Of a stretch of DNA of 60,000 bases, positions 1 to 12,005 are shown piece by piece. The DNA is from Mobula hypostoma. Lineage: Eukaryota. Positions within the stretch are counted from its first letter, which is position 1. Each line of letters begins with the position of its first letter. The notes beneath the pieces are model-generated. The model did not search any database. It was not told where the DNA came from and saw only the letters and a program-made list of their open reading frames with translations. The stretch is from assembly GCF_963921235.1 (NCBI RefSeq), contig NC_086109.1:25112001-25172000 (forward strand), in the 5' to 3' direction. The position numbers and the translations under genes are program-made.

Positions 1-560
1 TGATAGGAGAAGCCAGGTGGGTAGGTTAGGAATGGGCTGGAGAGGAAGGAATCTGATAGGAGAGGAGGGTGGACCATAGGAGAAAGGGAAGGAGGAGGGG
101 ACCCAGGGGGTTGTGATGAGCAAGTGAGAATAGGTAAGAGACTAGAGTGCGAAATAGAAGAGGGAAGGGGGAGGAATTTTTTTTTGCCAAAAGGAGAAAT
201 CAATGTTCATGTCATCAGGTTGGAGGCTACCCAGAAGGAACATGCTCCTCCACCCTGAGAGTGGCCTCATCATGGCACAAGAGGCGGCCATGGAACATCA
301 TGTTGGAACAGGAATGGGAATATAAATTAAAATGGCTGGCCTCTGGAAAATTCCACTTTGGGCAAATGGAGTGGAGGTGCTTGACAAAGAGGTCCCCCAA
401 TTTACGTTAGGTTTCACCAATGTAGAGGAAGCTATAATGGGAGCGGATACAATAGAGGACCCTAACAGATTCACAGGTAAAGTGTTGCCTCGCCTGTGAG
501 GACTGTTTGTGGCCCTGAATGGAGGTGAGGGAAGAGGTAAATGCGGTGGTGTAGCAACAA
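1..560 (-). mobile_element. Penelope-like element (Neptune-type) 3' fragment: GIY-YIG endonuclease remnant + pLTR
   Basis: Minus-strand TSSLTSIQGHKQSSQARQHFTCESVRVLYCIRSHYSFLYIGET; homologous to the cleaner copy at 48893-49219. Confidence 0.85.
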
Positions 561-1412
561 CGGAAAAAGAGATAAAACATATATATTCTCCTGCTTCCTC
601 CCCATAACCTTTGACACACTTATTATTCCAGAACCTATCAACCTCTGCTTTAAAGATACCTGATGACTTGGTCTCCACAGCCATCTGTGGCAATGAATTC
701 CCAAAGTACATCATCCTCTCATTAATGAAATTCCTCCTCACCTCTGTTCTAAAGGGACATCCTATCAAAGCAGTATTCCAGAAAATGGCTTAAGCTTTCC
801 CAATAAGTTACTTGGTTTAGGAATAAAGCTACTGACCAAAGCCCATACTGACTTAGCACCGTGCTATTTTTGGAATTTTTTTTCCCTTTAGGAAGGTGGA
901 ACTGCCTTCATAAAAGTACATTAAATTTGCCTTCAACTTATATAGCACTTACAAGAACCAGAGGAATACTGTGTTAGCGCAGGTATTTCACAAATGGATC
1001 CAACCAGTAATTTATACATTGCAGATGAGATAACACATGCTACTAGGGAAAGAAAAAAGGATTTGCTTTCCGACATCACTTTTCAGATCCTTTGCAAAAG
1101 TGCACACAGGATGCATGTGCAGTTAATTATTTTCATAAATATTGACCGTGGATGCAAAACCAGCAACTATTTTGCATCCCACTCACAGTGACAGATTGAA
1201 TCTTCAGTTGACTTTTTTTAGATGGAGAAGTCGGCCAGTTGATTCCACAGAATCAAACCTCTGTGCTCAATAAGATTTCTTTTAACTTGGGTCTGCACTT
1301 AAGGCCTCACCAAAAGTCAGAGTTAGACATTTGTAATTGCAACCCTTAAATTAGTTCAAAGCAAAACACTGCAGGCGCTGCAAAATCTGAATTTTAAAAG
1401 AGCAGAAGCTTT

Positions 1413-1700
1413 TTGCCAACATCTTACCTCTTCTTACTTATCACCTCCTCCAGGTCCCCTCCTTCTCCCCTTTCTGCTATGGTCCACTCTCCTCACCTAT
1501 CAGATTCTTTCATCTCCAGCCCTCCACCTGGCTTCCCCTATCACCTTCTAGCTATCTGCCTTCCCCTCTCCCCATGTTTTTATTCTGGCATCTTCCCGCT
1601 TCATTTCCAGTCCTGAAGAAGAGTCTTGGCACTGTTTATTCATTTCCATAGCTGCTGCCTGACCTGCTGAGTTCCCTCAGCATTTTGTTTGTGTTGCTGT
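1413..1700 (+). mobile_element. PLE terminal repeat (pLTR) with decayed hammerhead
   Basis: Pyrimidine-rich pLTR body, then ccagtc-ctgaaga-agagtcttggc with GAAAC lost, then the gctgcctgacctgctgagtt...cattttg terminus. Confidence 0.75.
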
Positions 1701-1819
1701 GGGAAGTCATAGCCGCTTTACTACAGGTAGAATATTATTTTACACATAATTTGAGCAAAACAAGTTTGGACAATACATTTATGTAATCCCTTAGCAGGAT
1801 GGAATTTGCTGAATCATAA

Positions 1820-2020
1820 AAACAAAAGATTCCGCTGAATGCTGGAAATCTGCAGCAAAAGAACACATAAAATACTGGAGGAATTCATCAAGTCAGGCAA
1901 CATCTACAAAGAGGAATAAACTATCGAGTGTTTACTTTCTGCCATGGATGTTGCCTGCCCTGCTGAGTTCCCCCAGCAGTTTATGTGTGTTGTTTTGCAA
2001 TGCATCAGTGTTCTGCATTC
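1820..2020. mobile_element. Fold-back (inverted) PLE terminal element
   Basis: Two inverted copies of the pLTR terminus meet at tcga (1924-1927). Confidence 0.7.
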
Positions 2021-2093
2021 CTTTACAGACATCCCGCAGTGGGAGAAAACCAGCCAGTTTCAGGAAGACCAAAAGGCACCATTCACTGAGTTT

Positions 2094-2254
2094 AAACGCA
2101 AACAACAGGAATTCTGCAGATGCTGGAAATTCAAGCAACACACATCAAAGTTGCTGGTGAACGCAGCAGGCCAAGCAGCATCTATAGGAAGAGGCGCAGT
2201 CGACGTTTCAGGCCGAGACCCTTCGTCAGGACTAACTGAAGGAAGAGTGAGGGT
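2094..2254 (-). mobile_element. 161-bp solo PLE terminus carrying a hammerhead ribozyme
   Basis: Perfect 12-bp TSD ttcactgagttt (2082-2093 / 2255-2266); near-identical to 7517-7665 and 58887-59017. Confidence 0.9.
2197..2234 (-). ncRNA. Minimal type I hammerhead ribozyme (intact core)
   Basis: Minus strand UAGUC-CUGACGA-AGG GUCUCGG CCU-GAAAC-GUC^GACUG: stem I (one GU pair), CUGANGA, 3-bp stem II, GAAA, ACGU palindrome for a dimeric stem III. Confidence 0.8.
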
Positions 2255-2469
2255 TTCACTGAGTTTGCAGGTTTTTCTAAATGAAATGGCAGAGGCATTT
2301 TAAATTTAAGGAAAACAATAACAACTCCTTAATTGTTCTCCAAATACAGAACATAAAGCGCAGTAAAAAAAATTCACATCTGTACGTCATCATGTCAGAC
2401 CGGCCTCTTAAATGACCCCCAACTTAATGTGAGCGGCTGTGACTTATGCATATGTTTCTACCCACTACA

Positions 2470-3045
2470 AGCTGATGATCTTCTAGCAACAGTTGGTATC
2501 TGTCTCAGTGCGTATTCCTAGGAACAGCCCATAGATCAGAGAGTCCTCTGTTACGTACATGCTGGGATGAACTGGGACACGAACCCTTGCATCCATCTCC
2601 ATGACCTCTTTGCAAGTCTACAGTCTTCAAAGAGGTGGACGACTGTCTCTTCCCCACCACAGCCGTCCCAAGGGCAGTGGGCGTTGGGGATGATATGTCA
2701 TCTGTACACGAAGGATCTGAGTGTGACAGCTCCTTTCACAGCCAATTGATGGTGGTGAGAAACAGTGATGGGGTGTTTCACGAGATGGTTTAGACAGTTT
2801 GCTCAGGGAACCATCCCACTGTTTATACAGTATCCCTGTTCCATGTCTGCAGGGCATTTCACACTGATTAATGCACTGATGAACTTGTCAAAGGACTTCG
2901 AAGTACAAATCCAAGCATGGCTAATATCTCTGTAACATTACCTGTCTTTACAACTCCCTCAGGTCCAGTGTCGCCTTTTCCCTGAGTTAGTAGATCACGA
3001 ATTGTATCCTGCTCCAGGGCACGGGCATAAAATTTTAAGCTGCCA
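2470..3045 (-). mobile_element. Tx1/L1-clade LINE ORF2 C-terminal remnant
   Basis: Minus strand with stops: VGWFPEQTV*...LAVKGAVTLRSFVYR*HIIPNAHCPWDGCGGEETVVHLFEDCRLAKRSWRWMQGFVSQFIP...DSLIYGLF, i.e. the C-terminal CCHC zinc knuckle. Confidence 0.8.
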
Positions 3046-3051
3046 GTAATA

Positions 3052-3230
3052 CACACAAGAGATTCTGCAGATGCTGGAAATCCAGAGCAAAATGATGGAG
3101 GAAATCAGCAGGTCAGGCAGCATCTATGGAAAGGAATAAAGAGCGGACGTTTTAGGCTGAGACTCTTCATCAGAGCTCTTTATTCATGCTACCTGACCTG
3201 CTGAGTTCCTCCAGCATTTTGTGTATGTTA
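3052..3230. mobile_element. Fold-back PLE terminal element
   Basis: Inverted pLTR arms (gaataaagagc 3134-3144 / gctctttattc 3175-3185) around a decayed hammerhead. Confidence 0.75.
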
Positions 3231-3870
3231 TTCTATAGTGACAGCCAAGTTCAGTGCCGAGAGTGCCTTGTTGTTAAGATTTCAGGTGGATGTGGAAATG
3301 AGCCCATTTGGAGGAAATGAAGGAGTATTATTCCTTTGCTCATTATTGGAAAGTGATAAAACACACTTCATTTCACATTAAATGCTGTGGGACATCACAA
3401 AACATTGAAAAGCCCTTTTTGTGTATTTTGGCTTAAAGTATCCTTCTGATTCTGAGAAATGTGTTCAAACACTTTACAATGGTACAGTGCCTACTTTGTC
3501 TGAGGGTATTCTGGCCTGTAAGTAACCACAGAACCACAGCAACATACAATATAATTGAACCAGAATTGGTTCAGAAACTCTGGTAGCAAATCACTGGAGT
3601 TGTCTTCCCCCGATAGCATGGAGGCCAGATCATTGGATGTAGTTAAGGGGGAAATGGATAAGTATTTGCAAGATTGTGGAATTACTGATTTGGGGAACTG
3701 GTGGATAAGAGGAGCCAGCGTAGATCAGCCAAAATGAAAGGGCAGGCTTGAGATGCTTGGTAGTCTACTCCTGCTTGCTTGTTTTCTCATTCAGTCACAT
3801 CAAACTGCCAGATTCCAACATAATTAAATTCACATTCAAGTTTAATTATAATTCAATCTTATGGGCATAT

Positions 3871-4076
3871 GAAAGAAGAAAGCCCCTAACTCCGAGTGGA
3901 GTCATCAGGATGCCGTCATGACGGTGTTTTTAGGCTTTCTTATTTTTACAAAGCCAAGTTGCTAGCTCAACGCTCAACCCAGCATGGATGGAAAGCATGC
4001 AAGGGAGCCGGCTGGATTTGAACTCAGGAGCCTTCGCTCCGAAGTCCGGCACTAATGCCACTATGCCACCAGCTGG
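3871..4076 (-). mobile_element. tRNA-derived SINE
   Basis: Minus strand A box tggcatagtgg, B box gagttcaaatcc, (ctt)n tail; imperfect 13-bp TSD cttatgggcatat / cttatagggatat. Confidence 0.8.
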
Positions 4077-4884
4077 CTTATAGGGATATAGCTGAACAAA
4101 ACAGCATTCCCCTGGGGCCAAGATGTAAAACATGCTCAGCATGTTCAAAATAGTGAGCGAAAAAACACATATACAGCATATAGCCCAAGTCCCTGAGTGA
4201 CATGTCCAGCAAATTGATGATTCAATTCCCAGCAGTGCACAAACATACACACGCAATCCAGCCTGTCACTTCACTGAATGAACACTAGAGGGCAGCACTG
4301 ACAGGAGAGGCCAGCCCCAGCTGAGCATGAATGCCATGCTACACCACCTCTGGTTTCTCCTCTCCTGGACTGCAGCAAAGGGCAAGACCACAGCTTGAGA
4401 TCTTGTATTCGCTATAGCCGAGGCCACACAGCTCCCCCACCACCTGTCGTGTCAGGCTTGTGGCATATTACATTATCAATGTCCAAGCAAAGCACTACAA
4501 ATTCTGGAAATCTGGAGCAAAAAAATAAGAGGTGGGAATAGTCAACAGGCTAGGTAGCATCTATAGAGAGGGAAAGAGAGTCAATTTATCAGGTCAGTGT
4601 CCTTTCATTAGTCAAACAGAAGATCTTCAACCTGAAAAATTAACTCTGTTCTTTTCTCCACAGTTGCTACCTGACCTATTGAATACTTATGTTAGGTCAT
4701 GAAAGGCTGTGATTCAGCAGTTCTAAGAAAATGGCCAGAATGAATGTAGGATTCTATAGTTGAATCTCTAAAGTATCATGAAAGAGCATAAAACACCAAA
4801 CATAGAATATTTTGGAATTGTCTTTGCAATGAATGACATCAATACATGTCTTTGCAAATTTCATTTTGACTTATCAATATAATG

Positions 4885-5875
4885 CTATAAGACGTAGGAG
4901 CAGAATTGGGCCATTTTACCCATCAAGTCTGCTCCACTATTCAATCATGGCTGATTTATTCTTCCTCTTAGCTCCATTATCCTTCCTTCTCCTTGTAACT
5001 GTTCACGCCCTAACTAAACAGGAACCTATCAACCTCTGCTTTAAATATACATGATATCATGGCCTCCACAGCTGTGTGTGGTATTGCATTCCACAGATTC
5101 ACCACTCTCTGGCTAAAGAAATTCCTCCTCATCTCTGTACTAAAGGAACATGTCTACATTCCTAGGCTGTGCCCTCTGGGCCTAGACTCTCCCACAACTG
5201 GAAAAATCCTCTCCACATCCACTCTATCTAGGCTTTTCAATATCTGGTAGATTTCAATGAGACCCCTCTCATTCCTCTAAATTCCAGTGAATACAGGCCC
5301 AAACCTATCAAATGCTCCTCATATGTTAACCCTTTCATTCCCAGTACTATTCTTGTATGCTTTTTCTGGATCCTCTCCAATGCCAACACGTACTTTCTTA
5401 TATACGGGGACAAAAACTGCTCACAATACTCCAAATGTGGTCTGACCAATGCCTTATAAACCCTCAGCATTATATCCTTACTTTTATATTCCTGTCCTCT
5501 GGAAATGAATTCTAACATTGTGTTTGCCTTCCTTAATACTGACTCAACCTAGAAGTCAACCTTTAGGAAATCCTGCATTAAGGCCACCAAGTCCTTTTGC
5601 ATCTCTGATTTCTGAATTTAGTCTCAGTTAAGAAAATAGTCTATGCCTTTATTCCTTCTGCTAAAGAGTATGGCCATACACTTCCCTACATTGTATTCTA
5701 TCTACCACTTTGCCTGATCTCCTAATCTGTGTAAATCTTTCTGCAAACTCCCTGCTTGCTCAACACGACCTGCCCATCTATATATCTTTGTGTCATCCAC
5801 AGACTTGGCCACAAAGCCATCAATTCTATCATCTGGAACAGTAACATATAACGTGAAAGGTAGCGGACCCAACAT
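4885..5875 (-). mobile_element. CR1 LINE 3' part (RT remnant)
   Basis: LGPLPFTLYV...FVAKSVDDTKI and LRVYKALVRPHLEYCEQF...LGLYSLEFRGMRG, typical CR1 RT and C-terminal motifs. Confidence 0.9.
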
Positions 5876-6314
5876 TTGACATGTGTTGATTATTAGTTTT
5901 ATTCTCACTGGTCCAATCATTTAGTTCTGGCTCCCGAAAAGTAGAGACAATCTTTACTTTCCAAATGCAAATTAACTTAAATTTGGACAGCATCCAACTT
6001 TCTGTTGGATTTCATCCAACGTAGATGAAATCTTCCTGTTCAGATTTAGATAGAATTAAACCAAATGAGGTAATAGCTTTCCTGGTATTGCATGAGGACT
6101 GAGGCATTAATAAACGACCCATGCTTAATTAACATTAAAATATTAAATTAGAATTATTGTATTATTGACAAAGTGATATAAACCTAAGTTAACTTGAAAT
6201 GTATTGAATTCAGGACTCTGTGTACTACAGCTTGGACCATCTCCATTTTCCAAAACATTTGAACTGCCAAATTCCAGACACACTTTACACATTTAATCCA
6301 ACTATCTACTGAAA

Positions 6315-6970
6315 AACTCTGCTATCTTCATCAATGATGATGTCTGGGAATGTCTTGTCCAGTGGTATTTATAACCGGTAGTCTTTTCCTCCTGATTGGT
6401 TAGTCCTCATCCCATCAGGTTTCCACTCTTCCACCTTGTTTAGAATCAAATTCCAGTTCTTACTCAGAGTGAGACCTTCGTCTTTGTTAAAATTCTTTTC
6501 CCCTAGTTTTATTTCAATGGTTTCCTCCACCAGGCAGTCCCAAAAGCTATTGTCCCGGCATGGTAGTTTTGTGCCGTCGAAGTCAATCCTATGACCATTG
6601 TGAATGCAGTGTTCCGCTACCATCGATTTCTCCGGGTAACCCAAACAGATACACATCTGTACACCTTGTCTGGCATACTATAGGAAAAGAATTTTTAAAA
6701 AGGTGAAAGCCTCACACTAAGTAAGAACTGGAATTCGATTGTAAACAAGATGATAGAGCAAAAACCTAATTGGATGAGAGCTAACCAATCAGGACAAATG
6801 ACTACCAGGTTATCAATACCACCAGACTAGACATGCGCAGGCACCATCCCTAATGAAGATGGCAAAGATTGCCATTGCAGCATCGGTTATAATCAATACC
6901 CATATCTGGCCAGAAGCCCGAGAAGAGTTTATTTGTCATATACGCCAGGAAAGCACTAGATCCTTTTTCA
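6315..6970. mobile_element. Second PLE family (Penelope/Poseidon-type) with inverted pLTR arrangement
   Basis: Minus 6369-6656 gives SMVAEHCIHNGHRIDFDGTK...WDCLVEETIEIK...FNKDEGLTLSKNW (GIY-YIG C-terminal half); inverted copy at ~6690-6970; 10/11 TSD atctactgaaa / atctattgaaa. Confidence 0.8.
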
Positions 6971-7516
6971 ATCTATTGAAATCCCAAAATCTGTTTCTGA
7001 ATTCTTGATTCGCCTTCTATACCTTAAACTCAACTTATACTCATTTAGTGATACCATCACAGAGGATTGCCTTAACACAGTGGTTAAGTTGCTAAACTAG
7101 AAATTAGAAGTTTTGATATGGGGAATTCAAATTCCTCCACCGCATTTCTGAACTTATCCTTTTTTTAATCAAGGCCCATTAAGATTGATGTTGAACCAAC
7201 TAATTGTTCTAACTTCATCAGATTCACTGATTCACTCAAGGAAGCAAATTTGCCATCTTTGTTAGGTCTGGGTAAGTATATCTTCACTACGGGTGACTTT
7301 CAACTGGCCCTCCAATTCTACAGTAATTAAAGATGGAAGGCATGCAATTTTCAGAAAATGCTGTCACTATTAAAATTTAAATGAAGGCTTTGTTTGTCTT
7401 CTCAAGTGAATGCAAAAGATTCCATAACACTATTTTGTAGAAAAGCAGAAACCATTTATCCTGTTACCTTGCTTACATTAACCCATCAGTTAGCACCACA
7501 AGAAACACAATCAGTA

Positions 7517-8119
7517 AACAACAGGAATTCTGCAGATGCTGGAAATTCAAGCAACACACATCAAAGTTGCTGGTGAATGCAGCAGGCCAGGCAGCATCTC
7601 TAGGAAGAGGAACAGTCGACGTTTCAGGCCGAGACCCTTCGTCAGGACTAACTGAAGGAAGAGTTAGTAAGAGATTTGAAAGTGGGAGGGGGAGGGGAGA
7701 TCCAAAATGATAGGAGAAGACAGGAGGGGGAGGGATGGAGCCAAGAGCTGGACAGGTGATTAGCAAAGGGGATATGAGAGGATCATGGGACAGGAGGCCC
7801 AGGGAGAAAGACAAGGGGCGGGGGGGAACCCAGAGGATGGGCAAGGGGTATAGTCAGAGGGACAGAGGGAGAAAAAGGAGAGTGAGGGAAAGAATGTGTG
7901 TATAAAAATAAATGACGGATGGGGTACGAGGGTGAGATGGGGCATTAGCGGAAGTTAGAGAAGTCAATGTTCATGCCATCAGGTTGGAGGCTACCCAGAC
8001 AGAATATGAGGTGTTGTTTCTCCAACCTGAGTGTGGCTTCATCTTTACAGCAGAGGAGGCCGTGGATAGACATGTCAGAATGGGAATGGGATGTGAAATT
8101 AAAATGTGTGGCCACTGGG
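7517..8119 (-). mobile_element. 5'-truncated Neptune-type PLE (endonuclease end + pLTR)
   Basis: 11/12 TSD acacaatcagta (7505-7516) / acacattcagta (8120-8131); encodes ...EEQHLIFCLGSLQPDGMNIDFSNFR. Confidence 0.9.
7613..7650 (-). ncRNA. Minimal hammerhead ribozyme (intact core)
   Basis: Identical 38-mer to 2197-2234. Confidence 0.8.
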
Positions 8120-9209
8120 ACACATTCAGTATTATCTTCATGTTTGTATGAGTTACTGTGTACAAAATGACTGCCACATTTCCTACATTCCAGGGAGTAA
8201 GCGTCAAGATAAATATTTATTCATTGGAGCAACTTAAGACTTCAAAAGGCACTACATGAATGTAAACCTTAATTGGCAGATGTGGAACCTGCCAAAGTGA
8301 CCTTTGTCAGGAATATAATACACCTTCCTGTGGCTCCACAACTTGCTACGGAAATGCCACAGAAGCAGGAAGTTGAAGGAGGTGCAATAGAAAAGAATCT
8401 GTAGCACTGAGGGACGTTAGAAGCTGCTTCAAGCATGGGCCAGTTAATGGTTTAGCTCAGGAAACTCCTATTGATTTTGAAATCTGTAATCCTTTCTCTG
8501 GCCCTGACTAAAAAGGAAAGATCTATAGTAAATTGCCTCCAGCTGTTTGATAGCCTGGCGAAAGTTCTTGCAGAACGCATGTGACTTTTAAGTCCGACAC
8601 ATGTATCCAGTGATTTCCAGCTGCTAGTTCTGTATACTTGCAGGTTTCACAGCATGCTACCAAATCTGAGAGTTTTCACTCCCCTTCTCACCCATCAATG
8701 AGGTTCACAGTATGCCAGCTTTTTACTTCAGCAGAATATTAAATCTGATTGTTTTATGAAGAGCGTGAGATATGTTCCCCTGTTATTACTTCAGTGAAAA
8801 CATCTTAAGGTTTACAAAATGTTGCCTTCCTGGAATCATGTTGTTTCCCCCACAGTATTAGTTTCTTCTGCATGGTTGGGTTAAGATTACTTTCAGTCGC
8901 TTAATTCACTACTCCTTGTGCTTCCTTTTGTCTTTTGGTATCATCTTACTCTCTGTGTGAGCCAAGCTCTTTACACTCACGTCATTTATTCTTGTTAGGT
9001 GGTCTCCGTTCACTTTGGTTGTGCACAACTTACCTTCGTTGTTCACGAGAAGCTCTTCCCACCGATGGGCAGGCTTCATTCTGCTACGAGGGCTATCGAG
9101 AGAGTGGCCTCGGGGCAACCGAGAGACAGTTGTCCATCTGTTGTGGGTGGAGTTTATTAACGTCCTGAATCTACAGACCAATTGATCTCTCAAGAGGATG
9201 GATAATTAA

Positions 9210-9990
9210 TGCTCCTCACTGATCTCCCTCCTGGCAATTATCCTTGTAAGTGGAACAAGTGTTACACCTGTCCCTTCACCTCCTCCCTCACTACCATTTA
9301 GGGCCCTAAACAGTCCTTCCAGGTGAGGCACCACTTCACCTGTGAGTCTGTTGGGGTCATATGCTGTGTCCGGTGCTCCTGGTGTGGCCTCCTGTATATC
9401 GGTGAGACCCGACGTAGATTGGGAGACCGCTTTGCCGAGCGCCTATGCTCTGTCCACTAGAAAAAGCGGGATCTCCCAGTGGCCACCCATTTTAATTCCA
9501 CCCCCCATTCCCATTCCGATATGTCCATCCATGGCCTCCCCCACTGTCGTGATAAGGCCACACTCATGTTGGAGGAGCAACACCCTATATTCCATTTGGG
9601 TAGCCTCCAACCTGATGGCATGAACATCAATTTCTCAAACTTCTGGTAATGGCCCACACCCCACTCCACCCTTCACCATTTCCCATCCCCTTTTCCCTCT
9701 CTCACCTTATCACCTTGCCCACCCATCACCTCCCTCTGGTGCTCCTTCCCCCTTTTCTTTCTTCCATGGTCTTCTGTCTCTTTCACCAATTTACTTCCCA
9801 GCTCTTTACTTCATCCCTCCCCCTCCAGGTTTCACCTGTCACCTTGTGCTTCTCTCTCGCCTCCCCCCACCTTTTACATCTATTCCTCAGCTTTTTTCTC
9901 CAGTCCCGCCGAAGGGTCTCGGCTGTACTCTTTTCCATGAATGCTGACTGGCCTGCTGAGTTCCTCCAGCATTTTGAGCCTGTTGCTCAG
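9210..9990 (+). mobile_element. Neptune-type PLE: Cys-rich linker, GIY-YIG endonuclease, pLTR
   Basis: DLPPGNYPCKWNKCYTCP...FTCESVGVICCVRCSWCGLLYIGETRRRLGDRFAE with stops; decayed hammerhead at ~9901-9925. Confidence 0.9.
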
Positions 9991-10279
9991 ATAAACAATG
10001 CTGCCTAATTGTACCAATGGGCTTTCTGAGCCCAACACCATAGCAAAGCTGAGGTGGCTGATGATGATTAACGTGTGTTTAGTCCAAACCGCCTTCACCT
10101 TTGTTTTTAGAGTCACCTCCCTGCACAATCTGGCAGGACTTGGCTCATAATGAAGAGATGTATTCATGGAAGGCACATGCCTTGGCTCCTGTAGAACAGA
10201 CATAGAGTAACAGAGCTTGGGAACAGACCCAACTCATCCATGCCAACTAAGATGACCATCTAAGCTAATCCCTTTTGGC

Positions 10280-10562
10280 AAGGTAGTGCAGTGCAGTGGT
10301 TAACACAATGCTTTGCAGTATCAGATTCAATTCCCACTGCTGTCTGTAAGGAGTTTGTACGTTCTCCCCATGACCGTGTGTGTTTTGTCCAGGTGCTTGG
10401 GTTTTCTCCCCACAGTCCAAAAACATACCAGTTGGTTGGTTAAATGGTCATTGTAAATTGGCCCACAGTTAGTCTAGAGTTAATTCAGGGCTTGCTGGGT
10501 TGCATGGCTCGAAGGGTCAAAAGGGCCGATTCCACGATTTATCACAAGATATAAATAAATAA
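10280..10562 (+). mobile_element. V-SINE (HE1-like), nested in a CR1 3' tail
   Basis: tRNA-like head, ctgtaaggagtttgtacgttctcccc...ccccacagtccaaa V-domain, (aata)n tail. Confidence 0.75.
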
Positions 10563-11829
10563 ATATTTGGCCCATATCCCATATCCCTTTCCTATCTATG
10601 TACCTGTCTTTAAATGTTGTTATTGTACCTGCCTCAACACTTCCTCTGGTAGCTTAGATGGACCACTCTATATGTGAAGGGTTCTTTTTAAATTTTCCCC
10701 TCTCATCTTCAACCTGTGCACTTCGAGTTTTTGATTCTCTTTCCTCGGGAAAAAGACCATGTGAATTTACCCTATCGTTGCTCTAAATGATTTTATACAC
10801 CTCTCTAAGCTCAAGAGAGATGAGTCCCTACTGCCACGTTGATGCAGTCTTCAGCAGAACCTGGAGCAACCCATTGTCACGAAACATTAGCAATTCCCCA
10901 GGAGGGGAATTTCTATCATACTCAATATCCATTTACTCCAGTAAGCTCTTCCTAGGTGGCAACCCTATCTGTGTTCACAGTGAGTAGCAATCTCCCTATG
11001 ACTCTCATTCTACACTCTATGAAAAGAAGACCCTGCTTGCAATTGCCATCTCTCTTCTCAAGCTGCCCTCTAATGAGATCATTTGACCCATGAAGTCCAT
11101 GCTGCCTCTCACAACAATCCCATCCAATTTTTCCTGTAAGAGCACAGATGAAGAGTCTTGGACCAAAATGTCAACAGTTTATTCCCCTCCATAGATGCTA
11201 CCTGACCTGCTGAGTTCTTCCAGCATTTTGTGTGTTGCTCTGGATTTCCAGCATCTGCAGAATCTCTTGTGTCCCCTGTAAACTATTCTCCCCTTGATCT
11301 ATTGAACTGCCTCAGGTTCTACCACTCACATTCACACTAGGGGCAATTTACAGTGGCAGATTAGCTCAGCATTCACGTGTTTACAATGTGAAAGGAGAAC
11401 TGGGGCATGTGGAGGAAACCCATCTGGTCACAGGGGAAATGTACAAACACTATACAGACCGAACTGGTAGTTAGGAGTATTGGTGCTGTGCCACCATGCT
11501 GTCCAATACACTAACCACTGACAATGGCAAGGATTACTAGCCTTTATATCAACCATTTTAGATTACTTGGCCATGCTGACAGCTTGCGGCAGAAATCAGA
11601 CATCCAGCTGAATGAAAGTGTACAGAAAAACTCTGTGTGCCTTCTGATTGTACTTCCAAGCTCTCAGCTGAATTGTTGCTGATCCTTAGTCAAGAACTGC
11701 ACGTGTCACCGTAGGTGGAGTCTTGGCCTCTTGGCTCAGTGGGAGTTTGGAAGTGGATCTTTCCTTGCTGTTTCTCACCTTCTGCATTTGAGACGAACCT
11801 GGCATCTTTGCTCACCATAGTTTTGTATC

Positions 11830-12005
11830 AACACACACAAATGGAGGAACACAACGGGTCAGTCAGCATCTATGGAGAGCAATAAACAGTCAAGGTTTTG
11901 GGCTAAACCCTATTTATTCCCCTCCATAAATGCTGCCCAAGTCTTAGTTCCTCCAGCATTTTGTGCATGTTGCTCAAGAGTTCCTGCATCTGTAGAATAT
12001 TTTGC
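11830..12005. mobile_element. Fold-back PLE terminal element
   Basis: Inverted pLTR arms joined at ~11910. Confidence 0.7.

Larger units (their letters stand above)
7380..8265 (+). mobile_element. Old Deu-domain SINE split by a PLE insertion
   Basis: gtgaatgcaaaagattccataacactatttt... resumes after 8120 as tgtttgtatgagttactgtgtacaaaatgactgccacatttcctacatt, matching the other Deu-type copies in the window. Confidence 0.6.

Noticed and set aside
1150..1179. 10-bp hairpin GGATGCAAAA-N10-TTTTGCATCC
   Set aside because: Single short inverted repeat with no supporting context.
2942..3039. Apparent minus-strand exon (LKFYARALEQDTIRDL..., ag|gtaatg)
   Set aside because: It is contiguous with the Tx1 LINE remnant and no partner exons were found.
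3880..3915. CTGATGA + hairpin on the minus strand as a hammerhead
   Set aside because: No GAAA follows the stem; it is a SINE 3' stem-loop.
11612..11647. MKVYRKTL resembling the MCT5 N-terminus
   Set aside because: It hits a stop after 11 codons, with no DGGWGW and no suitable donor.
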